Source: Chloroflexota bacterium (GTDB lineage: Bacteria; Chloroflexota; Limnocylindria; Limnocylindrales; CSP1-4). Taken from it: 64,000 nucleotides of DNA. The stretch covers positions 420 to 64,419 of the forward strand of contig JAFMJV010000010.1 in NCBI GenBank assembly GCA_017853275.1, read 5' to 3'. Shown here one piece after another: positions 59,747 to 64,000 of the stretch. The notes under the pieces were generated by a model. It had not been told where the DNA came from. It ran no database searches and saw only the letters and a program-made list of their open reading frames with translations. Position numbers and translations under genes: made by a program. The first letter of the stretch is position 1. Every line of letters starts with the position of its first letter.

Positions 59747-61318
59747 ATGGCTGCGGGAGCGCAGACGGCGGGCCGGCCCTCTCCGGTCGTCCTCGTCGTG
59801 ATCGACGGCTTCGGGGTCGGTCCGCGACCGGCGGACGACGCGATCGTCGCGGCCGGGATGCCGCGCTGGCGGGCGCTCGTCGACCGCTGGCCGAACACCC
59901 TCCTCGATGCCTCGGGACCGGCGGTCGGGCTCCCCGAGGGGCAGATGGGGAACAGCGAGGTCGGCCACCTGAACCTCGGTGCGGGCCGCCCCGTCCTCCA
60001 GGACTACCCGCGGGTGGATGCCGCGATCGCGGACGGATCCTTCTTCACCAACGAGGTCCTGCTCGGCGCCGCGCAGCGGGCGGCCACGAGCGGGCGCCGG
60101 CTCCATGCGATCACCCTCCTCGGACCCGGCGGGGTCCACGCCCACGACCGGCACGCGGTCGCCTTCGCCGAGCTGGCACGGCGCGCGGGCGTCCGGGAAC
60201 TGGTCGTCCACCTCCTCCTCGACGGCCGGGATACCCCGCCCCGCTCGGCGGAGGGCTTCCTGGACGATTTCTCCGCGCGCCTGGCGGCCGCGCATCCGGG
60301 GGCCCGGATCGGGTCGGTCGGGGGCCGCTACTTCGGCATGGACCGCGACCAGCGCTGGGACCGGGTCGCCCGGCACTGGGCGGCGCTCGTGGATGCGGAG
60401 GGCCTCTCGGCCCCCAGCCCGCAGGCTGCGCTTGCGGCGGCCCGCGAGCGGGATGAGAGCGACGAGTTCGTCACGCCCACCGTCATCGCCCCGGAGACCC
60501 CGATCGAGGACGGCGATGTCGTCGTCCACCTGAACTTCCGGGCCGACCGGGCGCGCCAGCTGACCCGGGCGCTCTGCGATCCGGACTTCTCCGGCTTCCC
60601 GCGTCCGCGAGTCCCGGCGGGGATCGCGGTCGTGACGCTCACGGAGTACGAGGCGGGGCTCCCGGTCGCGGTCGCCTTCCCCCCGCTCATCGTCACCAGC
60701 CTCGCGGAGATCGCGGCAGGGAACGGCTGGACGCAGCTCCACGTCGCGGAGACGGAGAAGTACGCCCACGTCACCTACTTCTTCAACGGCGGCGTCGAGG
60801 ATCCCTGGCCGGGCGAGGATCGGCTCCTCATCCCGAGCCCCCGGGTGGCGACCTACGACCTGCAGCCCGGGATGAGCGCCGAGGCCGTGACGGATGCGAT
60901 CGTCGCGGCCGTCGCTGCGGGCCGCCATGACCTGATCGTCGCGAACCTCGCGAACCCGGACATGGTGGGCCACACGGGCTCGTGGGACGCGGCGGTCGCC
61001 GCATGCCGGATCGTGGACGCCTGCATCGGCCGGATCGCGGACGCGGTGCTCGGGGGTCCCGAGCCGGCGTCCGAGGCGCTCCTCGCGATCACCGCGGACC
61101 ACGGCAACGCGGATGTGATGCGCGATGCGCAGGGCGGGATCGTCACTGCCCATTCGCTCAGCCCGGTGCCGTTCCTGCTCGCCGGGAGGAGCGTGGAGGG
61201 ACGCTCCCTCCGCCCCGGGGTCCTCGCGGACGTGACGCCGACCCTCCTCGAGATCGTGGGCCTCCCCGCCGCACCGGGGATGACCGGCCACTCGCTGCTC
61301 CTGCCGGCCCGAGGGTGA
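59747..61318 (+). CDS. gpmI: 2,3-bisphosphoglycerate-independent phosphoglycerate mutase
   Basis: 'VVLVVIDGFG', 'GNSEVGHLNLGAGR', 'ETEKYAHVTYFFNGG', 'NLANPDMVGHTG', 'ITADHGNA'. Confidence 0.95.
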   Translation: MAAGAQTAGRPSPVVLVVIDGFGVGPRPADDAIVAAGMPRWRALVDRWPNTLLDASGPAVGLPEGQMGNSEVGHLNLGAGRPVLQDYPRVDAAIADGSFFTNEVLLGAAQRAATSGRRLHAITLLGPGGVHAHDRHAVAFAELARRAGVRELVVHLLLDGRDTPPRSAEGFLDDFSARLAAAHPGARIGSVGGRYFGMDRDQRWDRVARHWAALVDAEGLSAPSPQAALAAARERDESDEFVTPTVIAPETPIEDGDVVVHLNFRADRARQLTRALCDPDFSGFPRPRVPAGIAVVTLTEYEAGLPVAVAFPPLIVTSLAEIAAGNGWTQLHVAETEKYAHVTYFFNGGVEDPWPGEDRLLIPSPRVATYDLQPGMSAEAVTDAIVAAVAAGRHDLIVANLANPDMVGHTGSWDAAVAACRIVDACIGRIADAVLGGPEPASEALLAITADHGNADVMRDAQGGIVTAHSLSPVPFLLAGRSVEGRSLRPGVLADVTPTLLEIVGLPAAPGMTGHSLLLPARG

Positions 61319-61336
61319 CGGCCGCCGGGCGCGTGC

Positions 61337-61342
61337 TATCCT
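61337..61342 (+). promoter_or_regulatory. Extended -10 TGcTATCCT (part of an 18-nt block repeated at 61652) upstream of secG
   Basis: gtgctatccttcgcgctc at 61333-61350. GACGGAGG SD, then GTG at 61386. Confidence 0.5.
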
Positions 61343-61385
61343 TCGCGCTCATCCAGCCCGATCCGACGGAGGTCCGGACCGTCCC

Positions 61386-61616
61386 GTGAACCTGATCCTC
61401 GCGCTCGCCCTCTTCATCTCCTGCTTCGGCCTCATCGCCGCGATCCTCCTGCAGTCGCGTGGCGCCGGTCTCGGCGCCACCTTCGGCGGCGAGTCCTCCG
61501 TCTACCGGAGCCGGCGCGGCGTGGAGAAGCGGCTCTACCAGTTCACGATCATCCTCGCGATCCTCTTCGTCGGCGTCTCCCTGATCGCCTTCCTCGCCTC
61601 CGGGAGCTCCCTCTAG
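61386..61616 (+). CDS. secG: Preprotein translocase subunit SecG
   Basis: 76 aa, two TM. 'AAILLQSRGAGLGATFGG'. Confidence 0.88.
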   Translation: MNLILALALFISCFGLIAAILLQSRGAGLGATFGGESSVYRSRRGVEKRLYQFTIILAILFVGVSLIAFLASGSSL

Positions 61617-61655
61617 GGTCATCTCCGGCGGGCCGACGCGGCGCGGAGGACGTGG

Positions 61656-61661
61656 TATCCT
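61656..61661 (+). promoter_or_regulatory. Extended -10 TGgTATCCT (second copy of the 18-nt block) upstream of the tRNA-Leu/Leu/Val cluster
   Basis: gtggtatccttcgcgctc at 61652-61669, 17 of 18 identical to 61333-61350. About 40 nt before tRNA-Leu. Confidence 0.5.
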
Positions 61662-61706
61662 TCGCGCTCGGTCCGTTGCGACCGGGTTCGCCCGGTCGTC
61701 GTCCAC

Positions 61707-61792
61707 GCCGAGGTGGCGGAATGGCAGACGCGCCAGCTTCAGGAGCTGGTGGCCGCAAGGTCGTGTGGGTTCGAGTCCCTCCCTCGGTACCA
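61707..61792 (+). tRNA. tRNA-Leu (anticodon CAG), CCA encoded
   Basis: 86 nt. Acceptor GCCGAGG/CCTCGGT (G1-U72); anticodon arm CCAGC-TTCAGGA-GCTGG; long variable arm; one U-U mismatch in the T stem. Confidence 0.85.
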
Positions 61793-61825
61793 GACCCTCG
61801 ACGATGGGCGACGGACAGACACCTT

Positions 61826-61910
61826 GCCCAGGTGGCGGAATTGGTATACGCGTACGTTTGAGGGGCGTATGAGGCAACTCATCCGGGTTCAAGTCCCGGC
61901 CTGGGCACCA
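61826..61910 (+). tRNA. tRNA-Leu (anticodon GAG), CCA encoded
   Basis: 85 nt. Acceptor GCCCAGG/CCTGGGC; anticodon loop TTGAGGG; long variable arm; T arm CCGGG-TTCAAGT-CCCGG. Confidence 0.9.
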
Positions 61911-61992
61911 CCTCGCTGATCGACACGGCGGCCGAGCGGGCCGCCGTTCTCCTTTCCGGGGCCGGACGGGTCCCCGCTACCATCGCGACCGG

Positions 61993-62069
61993 GGGCGGTT
62001 AGCTCAGCTGGTCAGAGCGCCTCGCTTACACCGAGGATGCCGGGGGTTCGAGTCCCTCACCGCCCACCA
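61993..62069 (+). tRNA. tRNA-Val (anticodon TAC), CCA encoded
   Basis: 77 nt. Acceptor GGGCGGT/ACCGCCC; D loop AGCTCAGCTGGTCAGAGC; anticodon arm CCTCG-CTTACAC-CGAGG. Confidence 0.92.
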
Positions 62070-62098
62070 CGCCCCCCGGTCCGGCTGGACCGCCCTGA

Positions 62099-62104
62099 TA
62101 GACT
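62099..62104 (+). promoter_or_regulatory. Extended -10 TGaTAGACT upstream of lemA
   Basis: TG at 62096-62097. GGGAGGG SD, then ATG at 62146. Confidence 0.45.
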
Positions 62105-62145
62105 CGCTCGGGGAGCTCCGTGGCTCCGATCGCAGGGAGGGTGAG

Positions 62146-62745
62146 ATGGACTCGACGCTGATCATCGTCATCGCCGTCGTCGTGGTCGTCGGCCTGGTCG
62201 TCGTCCTCTACAACGGGCTCGTCCGCGCCCGGCTCCGGGTGGACGAAGCCTGGTCGCAGATCGAGGTCCAGCTGAAGCGCCGCTGGGATCTCATCCCGAA
62301 CCTCGTCAACGCGGTCCAGGGCTACATGGGCTTCGAGCAGAAGGTCCTCACGGACGTGACGACGGCCCGTGCCTCGGCGGTGGCAGCGGGCGCGAAGGGG
62401 CCCCACGAGGCGGCGATGGCCGAGAACGCGCTCTCCTCCACGCTCCGCTCGCTCTTCGCGGTCGTGGAGGCCTACCCGGAGCTGAAGGCGAACGAGAACG
62501 TCCTCCAGCTCCAGGAGCAGCTGACCACCACGGAGAACCAGATCAGCTTCTCGCGCCAGCACTACAACGCGACCGTCCTGGACTACAACACGCGGATCGC
62601 GACGGTGCCGGCGGTCCTCATCGCCGGCCTCCTCGGGTTCACAAAGCGGGAGTTCTTCGATGCCGAGCCGGCCGCCGAGGCGACCCCGGTGGTGAACCTC
62701 GGCTATCCGCCGGCGGGTGGGGCGGGGACACCGCCCTCGGCCTGA
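62146..62745 (+). CDS. LemA family membrane protein
   Basis: N-terminal TM plus 'YNGLVRARLRVDEAWSQIEVQLKRRWDLIPNLV', 'YPELKANENV', 'YNATVLDYNT'. Confidence 0.9.
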   Translation: MDSTLIIVIAVVVVVGLVVVLYNGLVRARLRVDEAWSQIEVQLKRRWDLIPNLVNAVQGYMGFEQKVLTDVTTARASAVAAGAKGPHEAAMAENALSSTLRSLFAVVEAYPELKANENVLQLQEQLTTTENQISFSRQHYNATVLDYNTRIATVPAVLIAGLLGFTKREFFDAEPAAEATPVVNLGYPPAGGAGTPPSA

Positions 62746-62773
62746 TCGCGGCCCGGCAGCCCGGGAGCACGGC

Positions 62774-63760
62774 GTGATCGCCCGCGAGACCTTCCACGAC
62801 CAGATCGCCGCGAACAAGTGGCGTTCCGTCCTCCTGCTCGTCGTCCTCACCCTCCTCCTCGTCGTCTTCGGGGCCGTGGTCGGCTTCGCCTGGCTGGGGA
62901 GCGTGGAGGGCGTGATCATCGCGATCCCCGGGGCGCTCGCCCTCGCGCTCATCCTCTCGGTCGGGACCTGGTTCGGCGGGGATGCGGTCGTCCTTGCCGC
63001 CTCGCGGGCGCGGCCCGCGACCGAGGCGGAGGCGATGACCCTCCTCGATGTCGTGCGCGAGCTCTCGATCGCGGCCGCGATCCCCATGCCGCGGACCTAC
63101 CTCATCGATGACAGCGCTCCGAATGCCTTCGCCACCGGCCGCGACCCCGCGCACGCGAGCATCGCCGTGACGACCGGCCTGCTCGAGAAGCTCGACCGGG
63201 AGGCGCTCCAGGGGGTCATCGGTCACGAGCTGGCCCACGTCCGGAACTTCGACATCCGGTTCTCGCTCCTCGTGGGGGTCCTCGTGGGGAGCATCGCGCT
63301 CCTCTCGGACGCCTTCCTCCGGAGCCTCCGGTACGGGGCGGTCGGGGGTGGGCGGCGCTCCAGCTCGCGTTCCTCCGGGGGTGGCCTTGTCGTCGTCATC
63401 TACCTCGTGGCGATCGTCCTTGCGATCCTCGCCCCGATCTTCGCGCGCCTCGTCCAGCTCGCGGTGAGCCGCCAGCGGGAGTACCTGGCCGACGCCACGA
63501 GCGTGGAGCTCACCAGGAACCCGGCGGGGCTCGAGCGGGCCCTGGAGGTGATCGCCACCGACCCGGAGCCGCTCGAGGTCGCGAACCGCGCCACGCAGCA
63601 CCTCTACATCGTCAACCCGATCAAGAAGCTCGACGAGCGCTCCGGCTCGCTCTTCAGCACGCATCCACCGCTCCTCGACCGGATCAACCGTCTGCGCGCC
63701 CTGACCGGCCAGCCGCCGGTGGACGGTGCGGGGGTGCGACGGCTCGCCGGCCACAGCTGA
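62774..63760 (+). CDS. M48-family (HtpX-like) membrane zinc metalloprotease
   Basis: TM helices; 'NAFATG'; HExxH 'GVIGHELAHVRNFD'; 'REYLADA'; 'STHPPLLDRI'. The GTG 62774 start is inferred. Confidence 0.88.
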   Translation: MIARETFHDQIAANKWRSVLLLVVLTLLLVVFGAVVGFAWLGSVEGVIIAIPGALALALILSVGTWFGGDAVVLAASRARPATEAEAMTLLDVVRELSIAAAIPMPRTYLIDDSAPNAFATGRDPAHASIAVTTGLLEKLDREALQGVIGHELAHVRNFDIRFSLLVGVLVGSIALLSDAFLRSLRYGAVGGGRRSSSRSSGGGLVVVIYLVAIVLAILAPIFARLVQLAVSRQREYLADATSVELTRNPAGLERALEVIATDPEPLEVANRATQHLYIVNPIKKLDERSGSLFSTHPPLLDRINRLRALTGQPPVDGAGVRRLAGHS

Positions 63761-63788
63761 GCGCCATGGTCCCGCCGGGGCACGGTGG

Positions 63789-63817
63789 TTGCCGCCCGGC
63801 CCGGTCTGTGGTTTAAT
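63789..63817 (+). promoter_or_regulatory. Sigma-70-type promoter TTGCCG-17 nt-TGgTTTAAT upstream of tRNA-Phe
   Basis: -35 at 63789-63794 and -10 at 63812-63817, with TG at 63809-63810. tRNA-Phe starts at 63838. Confidence 0.55.
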
Positions 63818-63837
63818 CCGGTGCGCCGCGACAGCGG

Positions 63838-63913
63838 GCCGAGATAGCTCAGTTGGTAGAGCACGCGACTGAAAATCGCGGTGTCGCCAGTTCGAATCTG
63901 GCTCTCGGCACCA
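63838..63913 (+). tRNA. tRNA-Phe (anticodon GAA), CCA encoded
   Basis: 76 nt. Acceptor GCCGAGA/TCTCGGC; anticodon arm CGCGA-CTGAAAA-TCGCG; T arm GCCAG-TTCGAAT-CTGGC. Confidence 0.93.
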
Positions 63914-63949
63914 ACTTCCCCTCGGGGAAGGTCACGGCAGGTGTTCCGG

Positions 63950-64000
63950 GCGGAAGTGGCTCAGTTGGTAGAGCATCACCTTGCCAAGGTGAGGGTCGCG
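63950..64000 (+). tRNA. tRNA-Gly (anticodon GCC), truncated by the window end
   Basis: GCGGAAGTGGCTCAGTTGGTAGAGC ... anticodon arm TCACC-TTGCCAA-GGTGA. The 3' part lies outside the window. Confidence 0.8.

Noticed and set aside
58946-61318. The glycolytic cluster after whiA lacks gap and pgk, giving whiA-tpiA-gpmI-secG instead of the common whiA-gap-pgk-tpiA-secG.
   Set aside because: This is probably just lineage-specific synteny variation. gap and pgk are presumably elsewhere in the genome, so it has no functional implication that can be tested from this window.
63915-63930. Short hairpins after tRNA genes: cttccc-ctcg-gggaag at 63915-63930, and cggtcc-ggct-ggaccg at 62077-62092.
   Set aside because: They have only 6-bp stems and no U-tract. 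They may be processing signals or weak terminators, but are not distinguishable from chance in GC-rich DNA.

Overview
This is a very GC-rich 64-kb stretch of core chromosome (GC not computed; strong GC3 bias by eye). It is densely packed and mostly on the + strand. The order uvrC ... rapZ-yvcK-whiA-tpiA-secG points to an Actinomycetota-like or Terrabacteria organism.

Genes I can support:
- DNA replication and repair: tdk, pcrA, ligA, dnaE, polA, mutM, uvrB, uvrA, uvrC, recJ, and a second UvrD-like helicase.
- Translation: gatC-gatA and a separated gatB, an ABC-F ATPase, and six tRNAs (Leu-CAA, Leu-CAG, Leu-GAG, Val-TAC, Phe-GAA, and a partial Gly-GCC).
- Secretion: secD, secF, secG, tatA, tatC.
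- Metabolism: coaE, pyrF, tpiA, gpmI, an aminotransferase and a Zn-ADH.
- Accessory-looking genes:
  - a roughly 1,640-aa alpha-2-macroglobulin-like secreted protein;
  - an orphan CpaB-like protein;
  - a REC/HD-GYP regulator coupled to an acyltransferase and an ADH;
  - an M14 carboxypeptidase;
  - two tandem MFS paralogs;
  - an ECF sigma/anti-sigma pair;
  - a PD40 protein and a bPH_2 membrane protein;
  - DedA and LemA-M48.

I saw no CRISPR array, IS element, integrase or recognisable defence island, and I cannot point to a clear new multi-gene system.

The observations most worth a second look:
1. The thioester-less A2M-like giant protein.
2. A helicase ORF with no stop codon for about 300 codons, running antisense through the whole of dedA.
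3. A recurrent -10 hexamer 6-8 nt before start codons, suggesting leaderless mRNAs, especially for repair genes.
4. Two CGAAC-N4-GTTCG (LexA/Cheo-type) palindromes upstream of uvrB and dnaE.
5. whiA, whose conserved N-terminus has no canonical start codon (a CTG overlaps the yvcK stop).
6. A near-identical 18-nt promoter block upstream of secG and the tRNA-Leu cluster.

All product calls come from motifs read in the supplied translations. No database search was run, and the start codons are inferred.
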